Source of the DNA: Eledone cirrhosa
Taxonomy: Eukaryota
DNA length: 64,000 nucleotides
Assembly (NCBI GenBank): GCA_964016885.1
Contig: OZ024742.1
Span: 271,870,001-271,934,000 of the forward strand
Direction of reading: 5' to 3'
This document shows, piece by piece, positions 12,262-25,455 of the stretch (position 1 is the first letter of the stretch; each line of letters begins with the position of its first letter). Both the position numbers and the translations under genes were made by a program. The notes below the pieces were generated by a model. The model made no database searches. It had not been told where the DNA came from and saw only the letters and a list, made by a program, of their open reading frames with translations.

Positions 12262-13830
12262 GCCATGGGGTCCAACAGGGCGATAATTTAGGCCCCCTCC
12301 TGTTTGCCCTTGGTATAGACCACATTGCCCGGAATATCACGGCCTATCTCAACGTTTGGTACTTGGATGGTGCTACGCTGGGTTGGCCAGTGGAGACTCT
12401 TTGTCATGACCTTCAATCGGTGGTCCCTGCCCTGGCGGGAATCGGCCTCCAGGTCAACTCGTCCAAGTCGGAGGTGGTGAATGTCAGCCATGATGCTGAG
12501 AGTATTACAGCCTCCGTCTCGGACGTGCAGTCTATTGCCCACCAGGTACAGGTGACCCCCAAAGAGGATGTCCTCATCCTCGGGTCACCGATCCACCGGC
12601 GGGCCATCCGCTCCACCATCAGGTCTAGACTCCCAAAACTCCAGACCCTCACGAGCCGACTGGGCTTGATCGAGGACCACCCAACTCTCTTCCTGTTGAG
12701 AAACTGCTTCGGTATACCGAGGCTCCTCTCCACCCTTTGCAGAGCTCCGTGCTACAGCCACGCATCTCTCCTCACTCGATACCTGTATCCGAGCGGCAGC
12801 TTAGGAGATATGCAACATCAGATTTAAGGACATTGGATAGCAACAGGCCACTTTACCTGTCAGATATGGCGGCTTGGCCTCCGGTCCTCGATCTTGCTGG
12901 CTTTGTCGGCGTTTCTTTATTCGGTAACCTCATGCCGCGTCCTCGTCAGCCGGGTTCTCCAAAACACAATAGAACCCTCTGTGTTCAGGGCACGTGAGGT
13001 CGCCTGTGAGACGTGGGACAGGCTGGGACTTAGCCCAGTAGACGTCCCTCATCCTTCTCCCACTGCTGACGTCAAGTCGCCCCTAAGCGTATAGGATGCC
13101 ATCTATTTCAGCCTGGCCTCAGACAGGATCAGGCGTCAGCTAGACCAGCACCGCGTTGCCTGTTTTCGCGCGGTCACCATACCCCACCATGGAGACTGAC
13201 CCCATGATTTTCCATCCTTCTCGACTGGCACACAGCTGGATAACCATAGCCTGCGCATCGGTGTTTTCTTTTAGGATTGGACTCCGGATCTGCGAGCCAC
13301 ATAAATGTCGCTGTGGGTCCAGCGTGGACACTTTTGGCCTCCACCCGCTTTCATGTCACCACAGTGCGGGCCACCTTCCACGCCATGCTGCCCTCAACGA
13401 GGTCATTAAGCATAGCTTGGACGCTGCAGCCCTCCCCTCCTAGTTCGAGCCGGTTGACCGAGGGGATGGCAAAAGGCCAGACGGTATGACTATCTTCCCG
13501 TTCAGCGTTGGCAACCCCTCGTCTAGGATGCCATTTGTAGCGACACTTTCTCCAGCCGCAATCTGCCGCAGTCTGCGACTAACCAGGTACTGCTGCACGT
13601 CGGGCTGAGGAGACCAAGCTCTCCAACTACCGGTCGCTCTCCTACATGTTTGCGGTCGTGTCTTTGGCAATGGAGACTTCTGGTGTCCTTGGTCCTATGG
13701 CTACCTCCCTATTCACCACCATAGGCACTGAGCTGGCCAGCCGCAGGTGTGAGCCTTGCGAGTTGGAATGGCTCTTCCAGCGCATCTCCATGAAAACGCC
13801 TTCTCCATCCTGTCTGCCGGGGCTGTGGGG
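12262..13830 (+). mobile_element. 5'-truncated CRE-like non-LTR retrotransposon (RT plus restriction-like endonuclease), frameshifted
   Basis: GVQQGDNLGPLLFAL, YLDGATLG, GIGLQVNSSKSE (RT); CRCG..D..GLHPLSC....RH..LN (CCHC finger); DGKRPDG and 'AMETSGVLGP' (RLE). GC-rich island. Confidence 0.9.
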
Positions 13831-14705
13831 ATGCCAGCAATTGGGATCTCATTTGCTCACCATACGGATTAATAAGCAAAATTATAAACTATTGTAAATG
13901 AACCTATTTACGTTTGAAAAGTGGACGATGGTGCGCGTCTATTTGAAATGGAAAAAAAATAGTTTTGTATATAGCGCCATACGTGCGGGTGAGCAAATGC
14001 GTACGTGTATGTGTGCGTGGTTGTGTGTGTGTGTGTGTGTGTATGTGTGTGTGCGTGTGTGTGTGCGTGCTTGTAAGTCCGAAGCTGTGAGCAAAATTAT
14101 GTTAATATAAGGAATTATGTGTGTATACAGAATGTGAAGGGAAGGGTAGAGATGTGTATCAGTATTTAGATGGTCTGTATCAGTTGTAAGACTATACGTT
14201 TCTGACCATAAGAGAGCAATAGAAATCTAGCGGTTAATGTACATGCTCGTGTGTGATAACGGACGGAGTAAATGTGACGGCGCCAAGGGTAGAAAATTAA
14301 GCGCAAACGTATAAGTGTAATATTAAAGAAATTGTGTAGGAGAGTTGAGTCCATGATGGAAACATGACCCAAGCTAGAAAATCAGCCTCTGTTCTATCTT
14401 GTGCGCTAGGTCTGTGATACTTGATCTAAAAGGACACTAAGAACTGAGACATGTAGTGAAGTGTGACCGGAGGAACGGAAATGACGGGTGACCGGAGTAT
14501 TCATACCGAGTTGTATGTCCCTCAAATGTTCACAAAAATGGTCCGCCAAACGGCGTCACATGTGTCCGATGTATGAGGAACAGCCAAGGGAAGACCGTAA
14601 TATATCAAAAACGTAGGTGGAGGTGTAGGTGTAGGTGAAGAGGTTGTTGATACGGAAAGAACGTTGGTGCATGTGAGAAAGAACAGGTGTTACAACGGGA
14701 ACGAG

Positions 14706-14759
<54 letters not shown>

Positions 14760-16140
14760 CGTGTGTGTGTGTGTGTGAGTGGGAGGGGGGCTGGAAATCA
14801 AATGGAAATAATTTGCCTCAGTTTATCTTATGTATATATGTTTATAATACACTTTTTTCGATGGTATGTAATAACATTTTTTCCATTAATTTTGAAGATT
14901 CATTAGACATCATTTAATATCACACAAATGTGGCTGCTAATGTTTTATCTTCTTTTGTTTATCGATGTTGTTAATAATAAGATACTAATAAATTGCCGAA
15001 TTCATGCGAACATATGAGAAGTCATATGAAACAATCGAAATATTATATACATAATTATATTTTTAGGTAGAATATAAAATATTCATTAACAATTAATGCT
15101 AACTCTATTGATATATTCAGAGTATGTCGCATACAATTTAACATAGAACAGTATATTAATATATGCTAACCTAATTGGGATATTATATGCGGAATTTATA
15201 TTGGTCGCAGCAGCAATTGATGTGCCATACATATATCGTTCTTATAGAGAGACAAAATATCTCAATGTGTAGTACCAAAATTCATAAAATTCATGGTGAT
15301 TGAGAATCATTTTGAAGAATAATCCAGTCCTGGAATTCGCAATGAAAAACAAACTATTTTCTAGTTTAATTGATAATATAGCTACAAAAGACGATCAACC
15401 AGGGCTTAGAAACTCACAAAGATGCCACGTAAATTATCATTATTAACCGGTAACACTGGCATTCCCTAAAAATGGCAATATAAATGTTTGTATTATAGCA
15501 GATGTTTAAAAGCTACAATATCAAATTTGAAGATGGTTTGAAAGAGGCCATTCCACAAAATGTACCGCATAGTACAACAACTGATCTTATGCCCAAAATA
15601 GCGAACTGTATGCGATTAGAACTATCAAATATCAGCTTGTGGAATACTATAATTAGTACTACTTATATTGCCGTACTTCTACGCAGTACTCAGAATAATA
15701 AACATAAAAAACAATGAAAAACTGCTCATAAATACGATTAACATTATCGGTAGTGGTTCGGACAATATGATTTGCAGCATAGAATTAGAGCCCTTTACGG
15801 TCTGAATTGAACTCCCACCGTAAGTTTTTCTGATGGGTAAGGGGATGCACTTGAGAGACATGGGTAACAGTTGATTCTCCAACACGATGGCAAATAAAAA
15901 GAAGTGCGCTACAAGAGGGGCACGGTAATAGAGTATTTAAGTATCGAGAGAGAGAAGAAGAGATAGGCGATACATATAGTTATTTGCCAATAGCATATGC
16001 AAATGTGCTCAATACTTGTTCCTGCATTGTTAAATATTGGAAGTGTTAATATCTAACGGGCGAGAAAATAAGCAGAGCGGATATACATGAATAAATATAT
16101 AAAGAAGAACAAACCGTTAAAACATGTTTATTTAAAAGAG

Positions 16141-16180
16141 TACCTACGTAGCTTTCGCCCGAATGGGCTTTCTCAAGGGA
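16141..16180 (-). ncRNA. Weak hammerhead-like motif (UUGAGAA variant)
   Basis: Minus strand reads TCCC-TTGAGAA-A-GCCC ATTC GGGC-GAAA-GCTAC-GTA-GGTA. Stem II is clean; stems I and III are imperfect. Confidence 0.3.
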
Positions 16181-16345
16181 ATAATAAACTAAAGAGTGTT
16201 CCTTACGTGACCCAGAAGGGGTTTTAAAGATAAATTCACATCACTGTTCATTCTTCTTAAAGTATTGAGCACATTTGCATATGCTATTGGTAAATAACTA
16301 TATGAATCGCCTACCTCTTCTTCTCTCTCTCTCGATACTTAAATA

Positions 16346-16473
<128 letters not shown>

Positions 16474-16510
16474 GTATATATATGTATATACATATATATG
16501 TATATATATA

Positions 16511-16914
16511 TATATATTGGCAAACGGAATAGAAAATGCTGACAAATTGTTCACAGTTGAAAAATGGTTTAATTAGGAATAAAAGAGTATTAGTGGTTGT
16601 ATGGGTTAGTATTCAGTTGTGGTTTTAAGTTTTTCAGTTTTTACCGGTTGCGCATTTCTAAATGCTTTTCAAAAATAATTTTGAGATAGAGTGTCCGTGC
16701 TGTTTGCTCTGATCTGAGCAGACAGCACGGACACTCTATCTCAAAATTATTTTTGAAAAGCATTTAGAACTGCGCAACCGGTAAAAACTTAAAAACTTAA
16801 AACCACAACTGAATACTAACCCATACAATTACTAATACTCTTTTATTCCTAATTAAACCATTTTTCAACTGTGAACAATTTGTCAGCATTTTCTATTCCG
16901 TTTACCAATATATA
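16511..16914. repeat. ~400-bp near-perfect fold-back palindrome
   Basis: ~200-bp arms around the 6-nt centre TGATCT (16710-16715); about six mismatches counted by eye. Confidence 0.97.
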
Positions 16915-16947
16915 ATAACTTGTGTGTTACACCTCTATTCTTTTAAC

Positions 16948-17075
<128 letters not shown>

Positions 17076-17291
17076 ATATATATATATATACTTACGGTAA
17101 ACATTATTACAATTCGATTCAAGCACTCAACGTACTTTTTTCCAAATAGGAGTGACGGAGCATATTTGGAATAAGAAAATGCAAAGTAGTTTCAGATGTG
17201 GAAGTCCTTTAATGATAATGCTCCAAAATGTAGAGACACCATTATCATTAAAGGACTTTAACATCTGTAACTACTTTGCATTTACTTATTC

Positions 17292-17341
<50 letters not shown>

Positions 17342-17894
17342 ACACACACACATAAATATATATATATATATATATATAGATTGGGAGGGGTGTCGAAACA
17401 CAACCACTTTTAAGGAACCTTAATTCCATGGTATGCACTCAATTTCAAATATTATTTTTTTATAATATATTAAAATTAGTGTTATGTTACATCCTGTACA
17501 TCTCACATGCAGCCCTACCCCACCCGTTCCATAATTAAATACCCTAATTTTCTATGACAAGCATAAAATCTCTGACACATATATACTAAATTGCTTATGG
17601 GTATGAAACATGTGATCATATTTCACTGTAGAAAGCTTGCTGAAAACATCTGATGAGTAAAGACAGCAAAAACATTGAGATATAAGGCAATTGGTAGGTA
17701 GGTACACCTCGAACATGGTCAAATTACGACTTTTCAATATGTATCTGATTATTTTCTTTTCAGAAAGTGTACACATATGTTAAATGATTTTACTTTGTTT
17801 ATCCGGTTATTTCAGAGCTACATTGTATTATAATTTTCCAAAAATAACTACATATATATAAACTGTAATAATTGAAATATATAAAATTGTAAAA

Positions 17895-17998
17895 TTGTTT
17901 CTACGTTAGGCACAAGGCTAGCAATTACCCAGTGTATTACTGGTACTTTATTTTATCGACCCCGTAAGGATGAAAGGCAAAGTTAACCTCGGCGGGAT
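17895..17998 (-). mobile_element. tRNA-derived SINE, 3' half (short variant)
   Basis: CTGGTACTTTATTTTATCGACCCCGTAAGGATGAAAGGCAAAGTTAACCTCGGCGGGAT is the reverse complement of the family sequence. Confidence 0.9.
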
Positions 17999-18019
17999 AT
18001 ATAATGGCAATGGGAAATA

Positions 18020-20120
18020 AAAGCCGTAATCCACCCTTTGGATTTCCTGCAGAATTTCCTACAACAATGAACCCATGAAAGTCTGATGTACCCCGACATT
18101 ATTTATACATAAGAAAACGTGAAGAACATATATCAAAAACTTCACCCACAGCGAAAGAATGTTACCGGATGTTTGCTGCAGATGTGCAAACAACATGGGA
18201 CACATTTTCTTTTCCTTATTATGGGTATGAGGGAATAGCTCTAAAAATTGAGAGATTGATTGAATCTGCTTAAAATGAAATACCAATCAAGCAAAGAGGA
18301 AATAGTCTTGATAAGAAATTAGTTAAATTCAATGAAATATTTGATATATGCGTCTGCATGTGCTATGATAAACAAATAAAAAGGTCGGATTGTAGGTGTG
18401 ACATAAGAATATCAATAATGGAATGGGAAACTTTTGTTGGACAGAAACACATTTTAAAAAAGGTTAGGGCGAGTAGATAGAAAAGTAACTTCAGGTAGAA
18501 AAAGAGTGCAGAAAGAGCGCAAAAATTTGAAAACAGGAAGGCAAAGATGCACTTAGACATGGATGTTGCTTCAACTAGTTATCAGTGCCTAAGTGATATT
18601 AATGAAGATAGTTGTGACTCATATGACAATGATGACGATGACATCGACTTTGTTCTTGACAATGAACTGAGAGAAAACCAACAAAACTGATTTACTTATG
18701 AGAATCCAACAGTCACAGAAGACAGATATCGGGTAAGTTGCAGAACTGCTACTGCCATTGTTAATGCAGCTTTGAGAGATATGGGAATTGTAAATAATAA
18801 AATATGCTAGATATGAAAAAGGTAGTAACAAAAAGAAAAAGTGTTAGGACAAACAATATTATAAAAATAAAAACAGAAAATACAAAGATAGACTGCATCG
18901 GTTTTGATGGCAGAAAGTGTAAAACTAAAACAGCAAGAGGGATGGAAAGTGAAGAGCACTATACAATTGTGAAAGAGCCCAGTGATGAGTATTTAGTTCA
19001 CGTTTCCCGAGATACTGGAACAGCTCGTAGCATTGCAGAAGAAATTATTTTTTTTTTAATAATTCCGACAGTCACGAAAGTTTAACGGACGTACTATGTG
19101 ATGGCACTCCAGTAAACAGTGGTGATTTAATATAATTGAAATATAATTAAGTAAATCATTTCCGTGACTGATATGCCTGCTACATAGAAATGAGCTTCCG
19201 TTTCGAGACGTATTTGAATCCATAGATCGGAACACAACAGGACCACGGACATGAAAATCTTAGTTGGCAATAAAATTAAAGAAGATGTGACAAACTTAAA
19301 GATAGTCAAGTTGTCTCCAGTAAAACTATAGTGAAGGAATTGCCATCAGAAGTTGTTGATACTTGAAGCTCAGATCAAAAATATCTGTAAGAAATGTGCC
19401 TCATTATTGAGACAGGCTTTGCTTTTAAGCAGTTTGTAGCAAGATCACCTGGTAAAAATCCATCATGCAAGGTGGTTAACACGTGAAAACAGAACTTTTC
19501 ACTTATATATTACGGAAAAAAGAACCCAAAAGAATATTATCTATCTTGTCAAAATCATAACGGTTTTGGATTAATTCACAACCAAAGTTACATGGAGAAG
19601 TAAATATGTTTTGCTATATGGCACATCTAATGCAAAATACGAACCAAGATCATAACGAAGTTAGGGAGAAATCGTTAAAAACTAATTCGTATGTTGCCCA
19701 TCCGGAAAATATTTTATTGACTATGCTGTATGATGGAAGAAGACAAATTAGCTAAGTAGCAATTCAGCGAATTATTAAAGCAAGAACTTTTCCCCGAATG
19801 CGCCGTGAAGAATTAAGAAATTTCAAATTACCAATCAAATTTAATTTTGAAGCACATGATTATGTTGATTGAATTAACTGGGAAAATGAAGTTATAACAT
19901 CCCTCCAGTTTTACGGGAGTTTACAAATGTTGATCTTCGTAAAGCTGGATCAGGACGATTAAGAACAATATCTCTTCTCTGTCATAGCCAAGGAGTCGAG
20001 CATGCTTTCAATTTAGTGACAAAAGCTTCTGAAGTTAGAATAGGCTACGAAAATAGTTACAAATTCATATTAAATGTTCATAAATCAAGACACGGGGACT
20101 GGAAAAGACAATGTTCATTT
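18020..20120 (+). mobile_element. Decayed DDE transposase, hAT-related (hATm-like) DNA transposon
   Basis: Collinear motifs across stops and frameshifts: CIGFDGRK, EEHYT, VLCDGTPVNSG, ICLLHRNELPFR (CxxH), HHARWLT, AHPENILL, CHSQGVEHAFNLVTKAS. Confidence 0.85.
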
Positions 20121-20238
20121 AATTAAATAGCAAATACTATTAATGCTTATTTTATGGAGTTCACTGTTCATATATTTCGTTTGAGGTTCGTGCATAGCTT
20201 TTTTCATTGCATACCATAATAATCATTTTTATAGCTTG

Positions 20239-20425
20239 AGGGCGGTGTATTGGCAGTATCTGTAGAAGGTTGGACGCCATGCTTTCTAGCATATTTACGT
20301 CCCTTTACGTTGTGTGTACAAATCCCGTCGAGGTTAACCTTGGCTTTCATCCTACGGGATCGATAAAATGAAGTACCAGCAATGTACTGAGTTATTGCTG
20401 GCTTTGTGCCAAAAGTAGAAACAAT
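20239..20425 (+). mobile_element. tRNA-derived SINE (short variant)
   Basis: GGCGGTGTATTGGCAGTATC..GGACGCCATGC..AAATCCCGTCGAGGTTAAC..GTACCAG..TTGTGCC..GAAACAA. Confidence 0.9.
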
Positions 20426-20826
20426 TATTTATACGTTAAAAAAGTGCTTTCTTTAATATAGGTTTTTTTTATAATAACATTAATAACATACTATATAAAA
20501 AATATATTCCAATCAATGTTTTTATCAGCTGGGGGGTGTTGCTTATAATTTATTTAAAAGTTATTTAGGTAATATATAACCAATATAAATTCAATAGCAT
20601 TAAAACAATTTTACAGTTCCTTAAATTTTATATATTCAAAACGCAGACTTAGGGGTGTGCTATGGAGGGGTAGGGGTGATCAAATACTTTTACATTTTTT
20701 TTAATTACTTACAACGTTTAAGATGATGCAGCCAAATAGAAAAATATGTGCAGAGAATTCCTATAAAATGCATATATGTGAGTCTAGATGAATGTGGGTA
20801 TTTATATATATATCTATAGATATATA

Positions 20827-21205
20827 TAGTATAAAAAAACGAAAAATCAGTGATGCATCTGGACTCAGTTTATTGCGTGTTACAATTGTTTCGCCGGCAG
20901 GTAGCCCGAGTCATGATCACTGTGTGGATCTGGCTGATTCTACGGCTGCAGGTTCCTTCGGACACAGGCGATTCGTCGGGGCAAATTTTCTCACTGGGGT
21001 GTTATCGCCAAAAAACAGCTTCAAAATACAGCTTCCACTCTTGTCATGCCATTGGCTCTTGTTATTCTACGTCATCATAAGTTCTGGTCACTATTTACTG
21101 CTACACGGGTCATCAGCCATTTTCCGTCCGACACACTTCAATGGAGCCATGCTGGGTTTGGTATCTCAGACGTATGTTCACACTCCAGAGTATGTACCCA
21201 CATAT
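20827..21205 (-). repeat. ~380-bp repeat with a split hammerhead core, copy A (inverted relative to 24085-24467)
   Basis: Collinear reverse-complement match to 24085-24467. On the minus strand, CTGATGA is at 21116-21110 and GAAAC-AATT-GTA at 20892-20881. Confidence 0.9.
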
Positions 21206-22299
21206 ACAGACACACGCGCAGGCACACACACATGCATGCATACACATATGTACGCATACATGTGTAGACACACATACCCCATGCACATATATACACACAC
21301 ACACACACACTCTCCCTCTCTTCCACAAACCAAGACACACCCACATCCACATACCGAAGACCACATGCCTATTGGCGCCTGTCTTAACAGCGCCATACAT
21401 CCGGTCTCACACGCACGCATACGCGCAGACACACACGTCCACGCATACAAAGACACATATCGGCGTTCGGGCACATCAGTACATATATACACAAACACTC
21501 TCAGACACATACATGGAAACACACGCACATACATGCATATCCTTATGGATAGGCATCACGGACAGACACACTTCCAAAAACATAAGCACACATACACACA
21601 CATACACACACCTGTACAATATCTACACACAAGTACATGTACCCGCATATACACACATAGACAAACCTTGCCTTATGTGGGTGTGCGTACGACACCCACA
21701 CCCACCCACACTGACAGATACACACAGCATATATATATATATATATGTGTGTACATACACACATACACATATACACACGCATGCAGATACACACGTATAC
21801 ACAAATACATATATGTATACGCACACATATATACACATACACATGTATATATGCACATACCCATACATACTTATACGCACATATGTCTATATGTGTACCA
21901 ACACCCACACAAACATACACATATACGTAAACATACGCGCGCACATATACCTACGCATAACCTTATATGCATATATATATATGCATACACATACATACAA
22001 AATACACATACGTACACATAACTGCATACACACATATATACACAGATATATATATAAAACTCTACATGCATACGCACACCCACATATGTACATGTATATA
22101 TATACATACATATATATATATACATACACACACGGACGGCCACATGCACATACATGTACATATCCATGTTTGCTTACACACACATGTGCTTCCACATATA
22201 AATATATAAATAAAACATGTGAAATAAATATACAATATACAATAAAAAATACAATATACAATAAAGTAACAATAAAATAACATTATAGTATACAATATA

Positions 22300-22375
<76 letters not shown>

Positions 22376-22403
22376 GTATATTCATACATACATATATATA
22401 TAT
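21200..22403. repeat. Cryptic (CA/TA)n low-complexity region ending in (TA)n
   Basis: Directly visible; explains the His/Thr/Tyr/Ile-rich 380-409 aa pseudo-ORFs. Confidence 0.9.
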
Positions 22404-22870
22404 ACTAGCATTAAAGTCCGGCGTTGCTCGGGGTCAGTAAGTTACCAAAGTTAGGTTGCACCACTTTTTTGTCTGCCAGGCACTGGGTGAATGAATTGCA
22501 GACCTGGACTGCCGAAGCAGGAGCTGCGCCAGCAGTGACAATTGTAGTTTCGCCTATGGATATTATATTTGTGCAAAGAAGTGTTGAAATGTATTGTTTC
22601 ACAGTACTTGCGCAACACGGGCGTAGACGATGCCAGCCGAACAACAGAGCTGTAATGGAGTTGTTCTGCGTGGTTGTCTAATGTGTGTTTTCTAAATTTA
22701 AGACAGTAGGGAGGGGCGTGATATGGGGGAGAGTTAGCTGCTGTTTCTAGCAGGTTTAGTGACCTCATAGGGGATATGTTTTCTAAATTTAAGACAGTAG
22801 GGAGTGGTGTGATATGGGAGAGAGTTAGCTGCTGTTTCTAGCAGGTTTACTGACATCATAGAGGATATTA
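22404..22870 (-). mobile_element. Helitron-like element 3' portion with an internal 91-bp tandem duplication
   Basis: Minus-strand end CCCGAGCAACGCCGGA-ctttaatg-CTAG|T. Two copies of TGTTTTCTAAATTTAAGACAGTAGGGAG... start at ~22686 and ~22777. Confidence 0.65.
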
Positions 22871-24084
22871 TTGTGTATAGTAAATGAACTGTTACTTCTT
22901 TCTTCCACGTTGGTTGATAGATGTTTTAAAAATGTTTTATCGCTATTTTGTTTTGTTGTTGAATAAATGTATCTGTTGCTTTTGAATAATTGTTGTTTTG
23001 TATGAAATCTAATAAGTTCTCTTTGTCATTGAAGTAAATAATTATTTGACAGTTCCAGACTCAAAAACAAACGCTCTCTCTCTCTCTCCTTCTCACACTC
23101 TCTCTCAAGTTTAAGTTTAAGGGGAGTAGAGAGAGGTAATCAGATTCTATCAGAGGGGTAAAGCGTCATGTATTTAGTTTTATCGAATATTTCCGTAATG
23201 GTGGTTGAGTTTACAACATTCTTACAGATTTTGAGTCGAATCGGTTTGAAATTGTGCAAATGTATAAACATGGAATATGCACACACACACACACAACAAC
23301 AACAATCTGCCTTTTATAGATAATGATAATGGATATATGATAAAATAATACATAATAAAATGAATATATAATCCATCCGTACACATTCCTGTGAGATGTA
23401 CACATATATATATATAAATACATATACATATAGAGACCCATATATACATACATACACACACACATATACATACGCACCCACATACACACACACACACTCA
23501 TACACAGCTATATATATATACATATATATATATATACATACACCCACATATGTACATACATGTACATGCATGCACACACGTATAAACTCATGCATATACT
23601 TACACATGCACGCATACACACCCTCATACACACACACGTATATATATATATATCTACATACACACACAAATACATATATATACACATACGCACAGGTCTA
23701 CACATAAAAACACACATATAAACACAATAAGTTAATAAAATAAACTAAATAAATGTACAATATGTTAAAATCATTAAAATATGTATATAACTTCACAAAG
23801 AGATAAATAAAAAAGGGGGAGGTAAAGGAGAAGATACGTTTATTCATGTGATATACTACACACAGGCAGTTTGAGGTGCAAACTTAGGTCCGTGTATGGA
23901 ACAAGTAACAGTAACAAAACAATAATAACAGTAATAATAATAGTTCCAAAATGGAACGCGTGGAGAGTATATATCCACGATTGACGGAGTATACATTCAA
24001 GGGGACGCTTGGCCCAGACACCTTGGTGTATGCCACCGTGGTTGGGGTGTGCTGTTCTATATGTTTGGGGTGTTTGTGTGTGTG

Positions 24085-24467
24085 TGTATATCTGGATACA
24101 TACTCTGGAGTGTGAACAGACGTGTGAGATACCAAACCCAGCATGGCTCCATTGAGTGTGCCGGACGGAAAATAGCTGATGACCCGTGTAGCAATAAATA
24201 GTGACCAGAACACATGATGACGTACAATAACAACAGCCAATGGCATGACAAGAGTGGAAGATGTTTTTCGAAGGGGTTTTTGGACGATAACACCCCAGTG
24301 AGTAAATTTGCTCAGAACGAATTGCCTGTGTTCAAAGGAACCTGCAGCCGTATAATCAGCAAAGAACCATACAGTGATCATGTCTCGAGCTACGTGCCGG
24401 CGAAACAATTGTAACACGCAATAAACTGAGTCCAGATGCCTCACTGATTTTTCGTTTTTCTATACTA
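24085..24467 (+). repeat. ~380-bp repeat with a split hammerhead core, copy B
   Basis: CTGATGA at 24176-24182, GAAAC-AATT-GTA at 24402-24413, AATAAA just downstream. Confidence 0.9.
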
Positions 24468-24549
24468 TTCACACTCTGCTTTGTATGAATATTGAGTGGT
24501 AATTTTGGCATACCGCCTATGGAAGCACCATAGCTACCATTATACAGAC

Positions 24550-24642
<93 letters not shown>

Positions 24643-24648
24643 ATATAT

Positions 24649-24764
24649 ATAGGAACCAGTTAGACCCCGACAGCTGAACTCAAGCCGTTTCGACGGCTAA
24701 TTCAGTCCAGAATTAGCCGTCGAAACGGCTTGAGCTCAGCTGTCGGGGTCTTACTGGTTCCTAT
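24649..24764. repeat. 116-bp palindrome made of two inverted copies of the short repeat family
   Basis: 55-bp arms around AGTCCA (24704-24709), about two mismatches. Confidence 0.95.
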
Positions 24765-24840
24765 TACCCACTCTACTACCTCAAGTATTGAGTACTTTGG
24801 TGCGTTATGGTCCACCTGGTTCCTTACCACATTTCCTTCG

Positions 24841-24892
<52 letters not shown>

Positions 24893-25009
24893 ATACTTGT
24901 GGAGGGTAATATTTGTAATATAACCAGTAATAATAACATAACACACTCACTGTTTGGTTGGTTTTCGCTTCTGTATCTTTTATATCTCTATAGTTATATT
25001 CATATGAAC

Positions 25010-25180
<171 letters not shown>

Positions 25181-25236
25181 GCAAATTATAAACGTAAACA
25201 TGTAAGTATATTTTTGAAACGGTGCGCGAGTTTGAA

Positions 25237-25455
25237 ATTAGAAATTAGAAATTATAAGCTTTCACCGTATTTTAGACTAAAGACATTTCTAGCCTGATAG
25301 TGGGGTTTATAACCCTCGGAGAAATGGAAAAAATGAGTGTTGCCGTACATGTACCGCAACGCTCATCTTTTTCCATTTCTCTGAGGGTTATAAACCCCAC
25401 TACCAGGCTAGAAATTCCTTTAGTCTAAAATACGGTGAAAGCTTATCATTTCTAA

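Noticed and set aside
14180-14205. Minus-strand GAAAC-GTATA-GTC hammerhead half
   Set aside because: No upstream CUGANGA box with a matching stem I found.
20792-22280. 409-aa and 379-aa His/Thr/Tyr-rich ORFs
   Set aside because: Translations of cryptic CA/TA repeats; open in many frames on both strands, with no domain.
25375-25416. ATTTCT-CTGA-GGGTTATAAACCC...AGAAAT as a hammerhead
   Set aside because: Lacks NGA, GAAA and a cleavage triplet in both palindrome arms.
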